Shown: positions 21,931 through 32,333 of the stretch, piece by piece
How positions within the stretch are numbered: position 1 is the first letter of the stretch
How the letters are laid out: every line of letters begins with the position of its first letter
Origin: Escherichia coli
GTDB lineage: Bacteria > Pseudomonadota > Gammaproteobacteria > Enterobacterales > Enterobacteriaceae
DNA: 64,000 nt
NCBI RefSeq assembly: GCF_003018255.1
Contig: NZ_CP027440.1
Direction: 5' to 3' (one strand)
The notes under the pieces: generated by a model
The model's input: only the letters and a program-made list of their open reading frames with translations
What the model was told of the DNA's origin: nothing
Databases searched by the model: none
Translations under genes and position numbers: made by a program

Positions 21931-22311
21931 TCAGGCAACCTGTACCGGAATCGCTTTCGCGGTACGTTTCATTTCATTGTCGCCTTCAAAATAGGCGACG
22001 TTGGGTCGCCAGGTGCGAGCTTCTTCATCTGGCATAGTAACGAAGCTGGCGATGATGACAATATCGCCGACGCTGGCGCAGTGGGCCGCCGCACCGTTAA
22101 CGGAAATAATTCTCGAACCGCGTTCTGCCGCGATGGCATAGGTGGAGAAACGCTTGCCGTTGGTCACATTCCAGATATCAATGGCTTCGTTTTCGAGAAT
22201 ACCAGCTGCGTCAAGAAAATCCTGGTCAATGGCGCAAGAACCTTCATAGTGCAGGTCCGCATGAGTCACTTTCACGCGGTGGAGTTTGCCCTGCAGCATC
22301 GTGCGAATCAT
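21931..22311 (-). CDS. panD: aspartate 1-decarboxylase proenzyme
   Basis: [33 protein letters not shown]... (Gly24-Ser25 self-processing site present). Confidence 0.95.
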
Positions 22312-22584
22312 AACTTCTACCTTTCTACCCTGTCGTTAACGAAGCAGGCGATGCCTGCTTTGAGGAAATTCTCACGCAGTATTGCCCGATTTTTGTTTAG
22401 TGTCTACTCATCTGACGGCATTTGCATCAGCAGTTTGCGTACCGTGCCGAAGCGTGCCATGTAACGCCTGTAACCAATTGAAATTTCTCTGAACGCTGCT
22501 CGGTAAACAATAAAGAGGCGGCTGACGACGGCGCGCCTTGACTGGATACTGCCTTCACGCAAGACAACACGGAAGGCAGGGAAG

Positions 22585-23517
22585 ATGGATGCACCGAGTA
22601 CCACACCGCATGACGCGGTATTTAAACAATTTTTAATGCATGCGGAAACGGCTCGTGACTTTCTGGATATCCATTTGCCAGCGGAACTACGCGAACTGTG
22701 TGACCTCGACACGCTGCATCTTGAGTCGGGGAGTTTTATTGAAGAAAGCCTGAAAGGGCACAGCACTGACGTGCTTTATTCCGTGCAAATGCAGGGTAAT
22801 CCCGGTTATTTGCATGTGGTGATTGAACATCAAAGCAAGCCGGATAAGAAAATGACCTTTCGCATGATGCGCTATGCCATTGCCGCCATGCACCGGCATC
22901 TGGAGGCGGATCACGATAAGCTGCCGCTGGTGGTGCCGATTCTGTTTTATCAGGGCGAGGCCACACCTTATCCGCTCTCAATGTGCTGGTTTGATATGTT
23001 TTACTCGCCGGAGCTGGCGCGACGCGTCTATAACAGTCCTTTTCCGCTGGTGGATATCACTATCACACCGGATGACGAAATCATGCAGCACCGGCGGATC
23101 GCGATTCTCGAACTACTGCAAAAGCATATTCGCCAGCGCGACTTAATGTTATTGCTGGAGCAACTGGTCACGCTGATTGACGAAGGGTACACTAGCGGAA
23201 GTCAGTTAGTTGCCATGCAAAACTATATGCTGCAACGCGGTCATACTGAACAAGCGGATTTGTTTTATGGTGTGTTGCGAGACAGGGAAACGGGAGGGGA
23301 GTCTATGATGACGCTGGCGCAGTGGTTTGAAGAGAGGGGAAGACAGGAGGAAAGGCAGGAGGTAAGACAGGAGGTAAGACAGGAGGTAATACAAGAGGTT
23401 AGACAGGAAGTAAGACAGGAATTCGCCCTGCGTTTTCTGAGTAAAGGGATGTCTCGGGAAGACGTTGCAGAGATGGCAAATTTACCTCTTGCTGAGGTTG
23501 ATAAGCTGATTAGCTAA
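22585..23517 (+). CDS. rpnC: Rpn-family (YhgA-like, PD-(D/E)XK) recombination-promoting nuclease with repeat-rich C-terminal tail
   Basis: 310-aa ORF MDAPSTTPHDAVFKQFLMHAETARDFLDIHLP...; N-terminal nuclease-like D...EHQ.K motif; C-terminal (E/Q)VRQ repeats; K-12 YadD is 300 aa as I recall. Confidence 0.9.
   Translation: MDAPSTTPHDAVFKQFLMHAETARDFLDIHLPAELRELCDLDTLHLESGSFIEESLKGHSTDVLYSVQMQGNPGYLHVVIEHQSKPDKKMTFRMMRYAIAAMHRHLEADHDKLPLVVPILFYQGEATPYPLSMCWFDMFYSPELARRVYNSPFPLVDITITPDDEIMQHRRIAILELLQKHIRQRDLMLLLEQLVTLIDEGYTSGSQLVAMQNYMLQRGHTEQADLFYGVLRDRETGGESMMTLAQWFEERGRQEERQEVRQEVRQEVIQEVRQEVRQEFALRFLSKGMSREDVAEMANLPLAEVDKLIS
23343..23426 (+). repeat. seven imperfect 12-bp tandem units inside rpnC encoding RQEE/RQEV repeats
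   Basis: GACAGGAGGTAA-like units read directly from sequence. Confidence 0.85.
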
Positions 23518-23585
23518 GTTATCTGCATTATCAGTTATAGCCAGATAATTGTTATTGTTAACTGACCAGATAATTAAGGGAACAT

Positions 23586-23838
23586 ATGGAAATAAAGACA
23601 CGGAGAGAAACCAGGCAGACGTTGGCGCAGTGGTTTGAAGAGAAGGGATTTCAGAAGGGATTTCAGAAGGGATTTCAGAAGGGATTTCAGAAGGGATATA
23701 AAGAGGGGATATAAAGAGGGGCTCCGGAAGGTAAGGCTGGCCCAGCGTCTTCTGAGTAAAGGAATGTCTCGGGAAGACGTTGCAGAGATGGCAACTTTAT
23801 CTCTTACAGAGGTTGATAAGCTAATTAACTCTAACTAA
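23586..23838 (+). pseudogene. orphan Rpn C-terminal tail cassette, frame-disrupted by a 13-bp tandem duplication
   Basis: SD-like AAGGGA + ATG 23586; MEIKTRRETRQTLAQWFEEKGFQKGFQKGFQKGFQKGYKEGI* in one frame, ...RLLSKGMSREDVAEMATLSLTEVDKLINSN* in the +1 frame; 4 x AGAAGGGATTTC and 2 x GATATAAAGAGGG. Confidence 0.6.
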
Positions 23839-23933
23839 GTTGTCTGCGTTATGAATAATCGCTTACAGACGTCATCGCCATGACGTGGGGTAAATTAATA
23901 ACTGGCGCCATCAGCCGTAGCGCCAGATAAGGA

Positions 23934-24785
23934 TTACGCCAGTTCGACGATTTTGTTGTCGATCAGGCGAGCATCGCCAAGCCAGGCGGCTACCAGAATC
24001 ACTGCCCGTTTGCTGTTTTCAGAGACTTCCTGCAACGTGTCGGCATCACGAATCTGAATATCATCGGCGCGGAAGCCTTTTTCATTCAGTTCTTGCCCGG
24101 CAATAGCAATAATTTCATCGAGATCCCGTTCCCCAGCCTGCAATTTGTCGGCAATTGAACTTAAAACTTTGTACAGACCGGGCGCAATTTTGCGTTGTTC
24201 CGCCGTCAGATAACCGTTACGGGAACTCAGCGCCAGACCGTCTTTGGCGCGCATAATTGGCACACCGATAATCTCAATATCAAAGCCCATATCAGCAACC
24301 ATTTTGCGGATCAGCGCCAGTTGCTGAAAATCTTTTTCACCGAAGCAGGCGATGTCCGGCTGGACCAGATTGAACAGCTTGCTGACAATCGTCGAAACGC
24401 CGCGAAAATGTCCCGGACGGCTGGCACCTTCCAGCATGGTGGAAAGACCGGGAACATCAACATAGGTGTGGGTTTCTGTACCGTTCGGGTAGATCTCTTT
24501 TACCGAAGGCGCGAAAACTAGATCCACTTTACGTTTGTTCAGCTTTTCGCAGTCCTCTTGCAAGGTCCGTGGATAACGTGCCAGATCTTCCGGGCGGTCA
24601 AACTGCATCGGGTTAACGAAAATACTGACCACTACCACATCGGCGCGGGCTTTGGCTTCGTCGACCAGCTTCATATGGCCATCGTGCAGGTTACCCATGG
24701 TGGGCACCAGCGCCACGCGCTTACCTTCCATACGCAGGCGGCGAATTTGCTGACGCAGCAGCGGCAGGGTTTCGATAATTAACAC
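23934..24785 (-). CDS. panC: pantoate--beta-alanine ligase
   Basis: (M)[36 protein letters not shown]...; first codon reads GTG. Confidence 0.95.
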   Translation of the reverse strand: MLIIETLPLLRQQIRRLRMEGKRVALVPTMGNLHDGHMKLVDEAKARADVVVVSIFVNPMQFDRPEDLARYPRTLQEDCEKLNKRKVDLVFAPSVKEIYPNGTETHTYVDVPGLSTMLEGASRPGHFRGVSTIVSKLFNLVQPDIACFGEKDFQQLALIRKMVADMGFDIEIIGVPIMRAKDGLALSSRNGYLTAEQRKIAPGLYKVLSSIADKLQAGERDLDEIIAIAGQELNEKGFRADDIQIRDADTLQEVSENSKRAVILVAAWLGDARLIDNKIVELA

Positions 24786-24796
24786 AACGTCACTCC

Positions 24797-25591
24797 TTAA
24801 TGGAAACTGTGTTCTTCGCCCGGGTAAACGCCGGACTCCACTTCAGCCATATACTGCCGCACAGCCGCGCGGATGTCGCCCGTTTCGGCGAGGAAATTTT
24901 TAGCGAATTTAGGAATGTGGCCGCCGGTAATGCCGAACGCGTCGTGCATCACGAGGATCTGCCCGTCAGTGACGTTGCCTGCGCCAATGCCAATAACCGG
25001 GATCGCCAGTGCTTCGGTAATACGTTTTGCCAGTTCAACCGGCACGCATTCCAGCACCAGCAGCTGTGCCCCAGCAGCTTCTAATGCCAATGCATCGCTG
25101 AGCAGTTGATCGCCCGCTTCATCGCCGCGCCCCTGGACTTTGTAGCCACCGAAAATATTCACTGACTGTGGGGTTAGGCCTAAATGACCACAAACTGGAA
25201 CGGCACGTTCGGTCAGCATTTGTACGGTTTCCACCAGCCACTCACCGCCTTCAATTTTGACCATGTTGGCTCCGGCACGCATTACCGTTGCGGCGTTTTC
25301 AAAGGCTTGTTCCGGCGTGGCATACGCCATAAATGGCAGGTCAGCCAGCAGAAGGCAGTTTGGCGCGCCGCGACGCACAGCGGCGGTGTGATAGGCGATA
25401 TCGGCAACGGTAACCGGTAGCGTGGAGTCATGCCCCTGAACCGTCATGCCCAGTGAATCGCCTACCAGCATGACGTTAAGTCCTTCTTCGGCAAACAATT
25501 TTGCGAAGCTATAGTCGTAAGCGGTGATGGTTGCGAAACGTTTTTTGTCCTGCTTGCATTTCTGCAATGAAGCAATCGTGGTTGGTTTCAT
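24797..25591 (-). CDS. panB: 3-methyl-2-oxobutanoate hydroxymethyltransferase
   Basis: [34 protein letters not shown]... Confidence 0.95.
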   Translation of the reverse strand: MKPTTIASLQKCKQDKKRFATITAYDYSFAKLFAEEGLNVMLVGDSLGMTVQGHDSTLPVTVADIAYHTAAVRRGAPNCLLLADLPFMAYATPEQAFENAATVMRAGANMVKIEGGEWLVETVQMLTERAVPVCGHLGLTPQSVNIFGGYKVQGRGDEAGDQLLSDALALEAAGAQLLVLECVPVELAKRITEALAIPVIGIGAGNVTDGQILVMHDAFGITGGHIPKFAKNFLAETGDIRAAVRQYMAEVESGVYPGEEHSFH

Positions 25592-25702
25592 AGCGTATCC
25601 TGATAAATGATGTTGTGCTGTCTCGCATTTTATCAGTCACATTGGTGGGGGCAATGATTTATCCGTATCGCACCGCCATTGTCTGGCGGTGCAATAGTGT
25701 TA

Positions 25703-26968
25703 TCAGGGGTAGGTAACCTGAAAAGTGCTGGTGGCTTTAAAATCCCCCGGTTCTATAGCAATATTACCGTCTTGTTTTAATGTAGCCTGGAAATGAAGAG
25801 GTTGTGAGGTACCGTTTCCTTTATCCGGGTAAATTCCTCCGGTAGTGTCATCTTCTGTTTCGTAATCTTTATAAACAGACGTTGAATCATTTGGTTTCAG
25901 TACCATTTGTGCACTTTTAGTGTTTTTTAAACCTTCAATCAGTACACCAACACCTTTTGCTGCGTTATTTCCTGTGAGTGTGTTAGCCAGAAGTTCTTTG
26001 CTTACACTGCCCACCTTGTTTGACATAAGTTTTGTTTCTATATTGCGAACACGAATACAGTTCTGTAGCGTGATATCAAAAGGAACCGCTGTTGCGCCAT
26101 TTTTTATTTGCGCAGGGCTATAATCACCCATTTTAACCGTTGAACCACTTACCGTTGGGCCACTAAGCGCCGCAGTAAAACAGGTAGGGTTTGTTAATAC
26201 GACATCTGTCAGGTCAAAGTCGATTTTAAGAAAATAGCTGTGTTCATTGATACCAATGCCAACACCATATCCTTTGAATGAGTAGAGATAGCTATCTGTT
26301 CTGGATAATGTTACCCGTTGGTTCGTTGTCGGGTTAAAGTCGGTATCGGTATAAAATTCAATCGTGAGAGTTTGCATAACGCCACCAACGGCCCAATATT
26401 TTTTGGTGCTGTTCGCGTTGTTGCAAGACCAATATAGTGTTTGCTCGCTTTGGCCTCGCCAGTTAAAATATTGTTCTTTAGAATCGCCAATATACATGCC
26501 TGATGGGTTGATATCAGTGAGTGTCTCTGTTGACCAAATGTTTGATATTACTAATGTGTAATACAGGCCTGGGACAGATGTCTTAAAGAGTTTATGCCCA
26601 CCATAACTTTTACCGGAATCAACCATTTTATTTTCAATACTCATTGGCGTGCCGCTTGCGTTACCACTTCTGTTACAGTAAAGAAAGCCGCCACCTGAAG
26701 CGGAATCTAACTGCGTCCATTTTAATGACACCCCGGTTGGGCCAAGTTGGGTTGGTTTATAAAAAACTAAATTATTGGTGCCTGAACCATACCGGAATTT
26801 GACGGTGACATCTCCATTGGGGCCTGTTTCTTTCCATTTTTGGTCTGATGGACCAACACCGGCATTATTCCCAACAACATAGCTGACGTTATTAGCTGCA
26901 CCAACACTTGCTGTATAACAACAAGAGCACAGTGCTAAAAAAAGAAAGTATCTGAAGAATATCTTCAT
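25703..26968 (-). CDS. yadC: fimbrial tip adhesin-like protein of the yad chaperone-usher operon
   Basis: signal peptide [24 protein letters not shown] after ATG 26968 with GGAG SD; C-terminal pilin-like domain; longer than the 412 aa I recall for K-12. Confidence 0.85.
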   Translation of the reverse strand: MKIFFRYFLFLALCSCCYTASVGAANNVSYVVGNNAGVGPSDQKWKETGPNGDVTVKFRYGSGTNNLVFYKPTQLGPTGVSLKWTQLDSASGGGFLYCNRSGNASGTPMSIENKMVDSGKSYGGHKLFKTSVPGLYYTLVISNIWSTETLTDINPSGMYIGDSKEQYFNWRGQSEQTLYWSCNNANSTKKYWAVGGVMQTLTIEFYTDTDFNPTTNQRVTLSRTDSYLYSFKGYGVGIGINEHSYFLKIDFDLTDVVLTNPTCFTAALSGPTVSGSTVKMGDYSPAQIKNGATAVPFDITLQNCIRVRNIETKLMSNKVGSVSKELLANTLTGNNAAKGVGVLIEGLKNTKSAQMVLKPNDSTSVYKDYETEDDTTGGIYPDKGNGTSQPLHFQATLKQDGNIAIEPGDFKATSTFQVTYP

Positions 26969-27017
26969 TTTTACTCCATTGTCATGCTGCAAGATAATGC
27001 TTGCAGCACTTTGTCTG

Positions 27018-27614
27018 TTATTCGTAGTAAATATCCACTAACACATGGCTTATAAGTTGGCCAGAGGTGACATTCAGCGCTGGATCGATTTTTTGCATTC
27101 GAGTGCTAAATTTCCAGGATGAATTGTTTAGTGCTGATGACATGACCGGATAAACGGAACGTGAGCTACCAGTTACGCCAGGAACGTTGAAGGTATTTGC
27201 CGGGTCCTGAATAGAGAATATAACTACCCCAACATTTTTAGCCCCGGTGTTGTCTTCATTGGCGAATATTTGACTGGAACCTGTCGCCATTACGCCACTG
27301 AGTGCGCGAAAATCAATATGTAACTGATTTAACACATTCCCTGTGCCCTGAAGTGTGCAGTCCTGTACTGTAATAGTGAACTCTTTTCCACCGGGGTGAT
27401 AATTTTCGGCTGAAATGTTTCCGGTAAAATCGCCCACGCCAACGACACCTAAATCAATATTTCCGTTGTTGCTGATTCCACTTTGGCAGGTGTTATTTTT
27501 TATATTTGCAACAATGTCAACATCCTGTCCTGCAACCACAGGGAAAGTGGTGCTGAATAGCAAAGACAGAAGCAGAATTGATTTTTTCATCAGATTACGT
27601 TGAGTGGGGCGCAT
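27018..27614 (-). CDS. yadK: fimbrial subunit (pilin-like)
   Basis: 198-aa ORF with signal peptide; AGGA SD before ATG 27614; alternative start 27590. Confidence 0.85.
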   Translation of the reverse strand: MRPTQRNLMKKSILLLSLLFSTTFPVVAGQDVDIVANIKNNTCQSGISNNGNIDLGVVGVGDFTGNISAENYHPGGKEFTITVQDCTLQGTGNVLNQLHIDFRALSGVMATGSSQIFANEDNTGAKNVGVVIFSIQDPANTFNVPGVTGSSRSVYPVMSSALNNSSWKFSTRMQKIDPALNVTSGQLISHVLVDIYYE

Positions 27615-27640
27615 ATTTAGTTCCTGAATCGGTCTGCCTG

Positions 27641-28246
27641 TTAGTTATAAGTCACAGTAAATGTTGCCGGAGCGGTGAAATCACCCGCGGTGACATCTGT
27701 AACGGTTTTATCTTTCGCGACCACCAAAACAGCACTCATCGGGTAATCGACAACATCACCTCCCGTCGCACCAGCAATACTGACTTCTTCTGTTGCGGGG
27801 GTGACGCAACTGAATTGTTTTGCGCCGTTTTTACCTGGTGTGGACGTACTCCAGACCTCAACGGCGACTGCCGCTGCTTTTGCTGTTGCCGTTGATGCGT
27901 TAGCAAATCCAGGGCCGTTATTAGAATTACCTTCGCATAAGGCTCGTGGGGTCAACTTTATTTTGGCCTTTTTCCCGGGAATCCCCGCACAGTCTTTGAA
28001 CTGCAATTTGAAGGTTTTAATTTTAGTTTCGGCATTAATTTCAGAAATATATACATCACCGAAATTGATGGTGGACAGTTTAGCTGTACCGTCATCAGTC
28101 AACGTTGATGTACAGGTACCCATTTCTATGTCTGTAGTAACAGTCAGGCCAATACTATCAGTGGCCGCATGTGAGGAAATGGTTAACAGTGATGAAGCCA
28201 GAAATAGACTACCCGATAATCCATAACATAATTTTTTTAATATCAT
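27641..28246 (-). CDS. yadL: fimbrial subunit (pilin-like)
   Basis: MILKKLCYGLSGSLFLASSLLTISSHAATDS...; start chosen at ATG 28246 (AGGA SD upstream), ORF also open to 28255. Confidence 0.85.
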   Translation of the reverse strand: MILKKLCYGLSGSLFLASSLLTISSHAATDSIGLTVTTDIEMGTCTSTLTDDGTAKLSTINFGDVYISEINAETKIKTFKLQFKDCAGIPGKKAKIKLTPRALCEGNSNNGPGFANASTATAKAAAVAVEVWSTSTPGKNGAKQFSCVTPATEEVSIAGATGGDVVDYPMSAVLVVAKDKTVTDVTAGDFTAPATFTVTYN

Positions 28247-28260
28247 CATTGTCATCCTTG

Positions 28261-28833
28261 TTATTGATAGATGAAATTGAACGTTGCCTGTGCGCGAAAT
28301 TTCCCGGGTATGCCCTGTCCTGGGGTTGTTTCGCGCAGTGCGACAGTCATTTCCAGACCACTGGTGCTAATTTCTGTGGTTTTCCAGCGGATGTATTCCG
28401 CGCTATTGGGTTTCAGAAACGTATCGCCCGAAGTCTCTAATCTTTTAAATCCCATACCAATATTACTGGTTGTTGAGGAGGAGTCAGAAGATTGTGGAAT
28501 AATCAGCGATGTACTACCAGACTGATTTCCAGTCATTGTGGTATCAATCCAGCTAATTCCACTGCTACACCCACTGGCGACTAATTTGAAGTTGGCCTCA
28601 GATTGTGACGCTTTATTGACTATCTTATCCAGTCCCATCTTGGGGATTATCAGGGTATAACTATCATTGCCATTATCAACGACGTTTGAACCATTCAGCG
28701 ATGTCAGGGTGATGTTACATGTTGTCGCTTTCACGGTAGCGGTAAAATCGACATTAACATCCGTTGCAAATACAGATGGCGATAATAATAGCCCCATGAG
28801 TATTGCTATTTTATGTGGTGTGGTTTTTATCAT
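28261..28833 (-). CDS. yadM: fimbrial subunit (pilin-like)
   Basis: MIKTTPHKIAILMGLLLSPSVFATDV... signal peptide, pilin fold length. Confidence 0.85.
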   Translation of the reverse strand: MIKTTPHKIAILMGLLLSPSVFATDVNVDFTATVKATTCNITLTSLNGSNVVDNGNDSYTLIIPKMGLDKIVNKASQSEANFKLVASGCSSGISWIDTTMTGNQSGSTSLIIPQSSDSSSTTSNIGMGFKRLETSGDTFLKPNSAEYIRWKTTEISTSGLEMTVALRETTPGQGIPGKFRAQATFNFIYQ

Positions 28834-28849
28834 TGGAAGTCCCTTGTGG

Positions 28850-31450
28850 TTACTGTATCTGACAACGAAGTCCGTTCAGAATAATAGATTGCGCTATTTT
28901 TTCTGATGTCGTGTTTTGTTGGTAATGAGCAAAACAACTGACTGGTTTGCCCTCTTCAATCCAGGTAATTCGTATATTTCCTTCCTGCCCGATACCGCGA
29001 ACAAAGGCCTGACCACCCTGACCTACGTTGCCGATGATATTGTTTTGTTCATCATAAATATCCGCTGCAAATGGAATATTTTTACCATCGCTTCGCACGA
29101 TATTCATAATTGCCGATTGTCCCTGAACTGTTTCAAAATCAGCAAAGACGACGGCTCCCTGGCGCGGGACGGCGACAGTACTGGTGCTTTTCAATTCAAC
29201 ATCGTTTTCCAGATCGTTAATGTCCAGTGCGATACGGTTTTCATGGTATGGCGAAAGGGCGCTGGTCACACCATAACCCCAGCGGTCTACGGTGCTGTTT
29301 CCGTAGTTAATACGAGCGCCTTTTGCTCCTGGCGCCTGAATGACAGCCAGAGTGTCGGAATCACTAAAACTGTCATTACTGAACGTCAGCCCGCCGCTAT
29401 GTAACACAAATCCACCATCAGTATTGAGTGAGAATTGGCGACTATTATCACTGCTTGCTGAGGCTGAACCTGACAGAGTTCCCCACGGCGATTCATAACT
29501 GGCATAACCGCCGATATAACTCAGGTCATCACTGGATTTATTCATCATATAACCCGTGTTTACGCTGTAGCTGATGCGATTGGTATCGCTGTAACCACTA
29601 CTGCTGATATTGAGTTGGTTATTACCCTTAAAGTCGCTGTTTAATTGTGTATCAATACTCTGGAAGCCGGAGCTGCGGTGTTCCGTACCCAGTAAATTTT
29701 CTATTGGAATCGTGAAGCTGAGATAAATGCTATCGTCGGTTTGACCATCTTCATTCAACGAACGTTGAGCACTGATACTGTAACTGCCCCAGGACGCACT
29801 ATTGCTATAACCAATAGAGTAATTAGTACTGTTTTGCCCGGAGGCCCAGTAATCTGACCAGCTTCCCGAGAGATAAAATGAACCGTAATCCTTTTTCTCA
29901 AATTTCAGCGGTTGGTTGATACTGACCGTGACCTGATTTTTCATGCGCGAGTAATTGCGCATGGATTTAGGCTCAAGATCTTGCTCAGGATGTTCTACTT
30001 CATCAATCAGCGTCAGCGCATCATTGAGGCCCAGATAATGCTGGGTGGAGTAGCGATAGGCCGCGATATTTAATGATGTACTGGTATTTTCAAATAACTT
30101 GTTCCAGGAAATACGGTAGCTTTGTCCTTGATAGGTTTTATCGTCCGGAATGCTGACATTTGAGTGAGTAACATCGACAGAAAAAGCCCCCACGGGGGTA
30201 TTCATACCAAGCCCCAGCAATCCGGCGGTATAGTTATTATCAGTTAGCTGAATACCGGTATATCCTGTCAGGTAGTTATTCAAACCATAGTAGTAGCTGG
30301 CTTGAAATAAATTAGGCTCATCCTGGATACTGTCTTTTAAAACCTGACCGGCGCTAATATCCCAGCGACCAACGCCAGGGCGCAGCATTTGCACAACAGA
30401 TGAAAATGGCTGGGAGAACGTCCGTTTTGTGCCATCAGCTTCTTCGATAGTCACAATGAGATCACTGCCATAACCTGACGGGCTAAGATCATCAATGGCA
30501 AAGGCCCCTGGCGGCACCGTCGTTTCATAGATTTTATAACCATTTTGCATAACGGTTACTTTGGCATTGGTATTCGCTACGCCATGAATGATTGGCGCAA
30601 AACTGGCTAATACCGGAGGCAGCATTCGACTGTCACTGTATAAGCGAATACCGCGAATGCTGACTGAATCGAAGGTCTCGCCGGTCGTGTAAGATTCACC
30701 AATAACCAGTTGTGAACGTAGTGACGCAAGATCGCGTTGTAAATAGCGATTCTGAAAATCATAATCACTATGGACATTGGTCATCCAGTTGTAGTTACCT
30801 GAGGCACGTAACCGCCACGCGCCTAAGTTTATCCCACCGTTGAATGCCGCATAGATACTGTCATTTGTTCTGCCTGGACTTTCACTGTGATATCCATTGA
30901 GGTTGTAGGAAAGCATGGCTGCATTAATGCCATTTTCCCACAAAGAGGGATCAACATAGTTTTGATAATTCTTCATAATCCATGCCTGGGGGACGTCGAT
31001 ATCCAGGCGTTGATCGTTAACATCGTAACGAATGGATGATTGAGGGATCATTTCAGCCAGATTGAGGCAATCACCAAGATCTTCGTCTCGCTTAAGCAAA
31101 ATGGCTTTTTCGCTATTCTTGTCTGGTGAACTGATATGAAATTGCAATAAATTTTTCTGCGTAATGCAGGCCTGAGCGTTCTTTTTACCTTCAATAACAG
31201 TAAAAGCAATGCTTTGGCTCATGATAGGTTGATCGTTAACATACACACTGACATCGTAAATGCCTGGTAGTGTCGGGTTGCCTTCTGTATACCGACTAAG
31301 GTCGATATTTGAAGCATCCTTTCCCATCAGAAATGTATGGTCATATTCGACGAGTTCAGCGCATAAAGCACTGTTGCTATACAGCAGCGCGCAAAACGTG
31401 GCGATGCGGGTAAGGTGATTATGATATTTTTTAGTGGATTTAATAGTCAC
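28850..31450 (-). CDS. htrE: outer-membrane fimbrial usher
   Basis: translation from GTG 31450 (AGGAAG SD 5 nt upstream): (M)TIKSTKKYHNHLTRIATFCALLYSNSALCAE...; ~866 aa usher; ORF-track extension overlapping yadV rejected. Confidence 0.9.
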   Translation of the reverse strand: MTIKSTKKYHNHLTRIATFCALLYSNSALCAELVEYDHTFLMGKDASNIDLSRYTEGNPTLPGIYDVSVYVNDQPIMSQSIAFTVIEGKKNAQACITQKNLLQFHISSPDKNSEKAILLKRDEDLGDCLNLAEMIPQSSIRYDVNDQRLDIDVPQAWIMKNYQNYVDPSLWENGINAAMLSYNLNGYHSESPGRTNDSIYAAFNGGINLGAWRLRASGNYNWMTNVHSDYDFQNRYLQRDLASLRSQLVIGESYTTGETFDSVSIRGIRLYSDSRMLPPVLASFAPIIHGVANTNAKVTVMQNGYKIYETTVPPGAFAIDDLSPSGYGSDLIVTIEEADGTKRTFSQPFSSVVQMLRPGVGRWDISAGQVLKDSIQDEPNLFQASYYYGLNNYLTGYTGIQLTDNNYTAGLLGLGMNTPVGAFSVDVTHSNVSIPDDKTYQGQSYRISWNKLFENTSTSLNIAAYRYSTQHYLGLNDALTLIDEVEHPEQDLEPKSMRNYSRMKNQVTVSINQPLKFEKKDYGSFYLSGSWSDYWASGQNSTNYSIGYSNSASWGSYSISAQRSLNEDGQTDDSIYLSFTIPIENLLGTEHRSSGFQSIDTQLNSDFKGNNQLNISSSGYSDTNRISYSVNTGYMMNKSSDDLSYIGGYASYESPWGTLSGSASASSDNSRQFSLNTDGGFVLHSGGLTFSNDSFSDSDTLAVIQAPGAKGARINYGNSTVDRWGYGVTSALSPYHENRIALDINDLENDVELKSTSTVAVPRQGAVVFADFETVQGQSAIMNIVRSDGKNIPFAADIYDEQNNIIGNVGQGGQAFVRGIGQEGNIRITWIEEGKPVSCFAHYQQNTTSEKIAQSIILNGLRCQIQ

Positions 31451-31484
31451 GTTCTGCTTCCTGCTGTGGTATATCCTTGCCAGA

Positions 31485-32225
31485 TTAAAGGTTGGCGTTG
31501 CCTTCAATAGAGCCGCCAAAATCATTAATGGCGAAAAAATGCACTTTTGCAGAGCTTGTTCTGCCACTCATCCCATTTACCTTGATGACGTCGTTACTGA
31601 ACGGCGCAATCATTTTCACATCCAGGGGATAGCGTTTGCCGTTGGCTTCTAAATCACCACTGCTAAAAGAGACATAGTAGGGCGTAGGGTTATCAACGCG
31701 TAATGCCGCTTTGCCTTCAGATGTTGCCCAGGACCACTTCAGAGCCAATGGCGCATCAGATGGAATTCCACTCAATCCTTCCGGGCGATAGAACAGTTTT
31801 ATACGTGTACGAAATGCCAGTTGTAGCAGGCTTTGATTTGCTGCTTTTGCTGCATCGGGTTTTGGTGGAACTTCCAGTACGTTAAACCAGAACACACTTT
31901 CTCTGTCTTTTGGCAGAGCACTACTGGCGGTGTACATCAGTTTGATTGTTTGGCCACGTTTAGCATCAATACGTGATACTGGTGGCGTAGCGGTAAAGGG
32001 GACAGTAATACTGCCTGGTTCAGCGTTGTCATCTCCAGTATCTAACCAACTCTGAACCAGCAATGGGTTATTGCCTTTATTTTCCAGACGCACATTGACG
32101 CTTTTTTGTTCGCTTTTATAAACTACGCGTGTACCTGAAATTACGATGTCTGCAATAGCTGATGAGCTAAAAGCCATACAGCTCGCTAAGCACAATGCTG
32201 CGGTATGTTTAGTATTAAAAAACAT
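31485..32225 (-). CDS. yadV: periplasmic fimbrial chaperone (PapD-like)
   Basis: MFFNTKHTAALCLASCMAFSSSAIADIVISGTRVVY...; also known as ecpD. Confidence 0.9.
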   Translation of the reverse strand: MFFNTKHTAALCLASCMAFSSSAIADIVISGTRVVYKSEQKSVNVRLENKGNNPLLVQSWLDTGDDNAEPGSITVPFTATPPVSRIDAKRGQTIKLMYTASSALPKDRESVFWFNVLEVPPKPDAAKAANQSLLQLAFRTRIKLFYRPEGLSGIPSDAPLALKWSWATSEGKAALRVDNPTPYYVSFSSGDLEANGKRYPLDVKMIAPFSNDVIKVNGMSGRTSSAKVHFFAINDFGGSIEGNANL

Positions 32226-32333
32226 AAACCGTTCCTCACAGAGTTAATTAAAACAGGGAATAACGTTCAAAAATAAATATGTTTGATGTTATTCCCTATA
32301 TATATTCACCCAATCAATTTAGGTGGCTGATAT

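Noticed and set aside
23343-23723. Possible CRISPR-like array because of short tandem repeats
   Set aside because: Units are 12-13 bp directly tandem with no spacers, lie inside a coding sequence and encode peptide repeats; not a CRISPR array.
23518-23933. Possible insertion sequence or transposon remnant between rpnC and panC
   Set aside because: No terminal inverted repeats, no transposase ORF, no target-site duplication; content is explained by a duplicated rpnC tail cassette.
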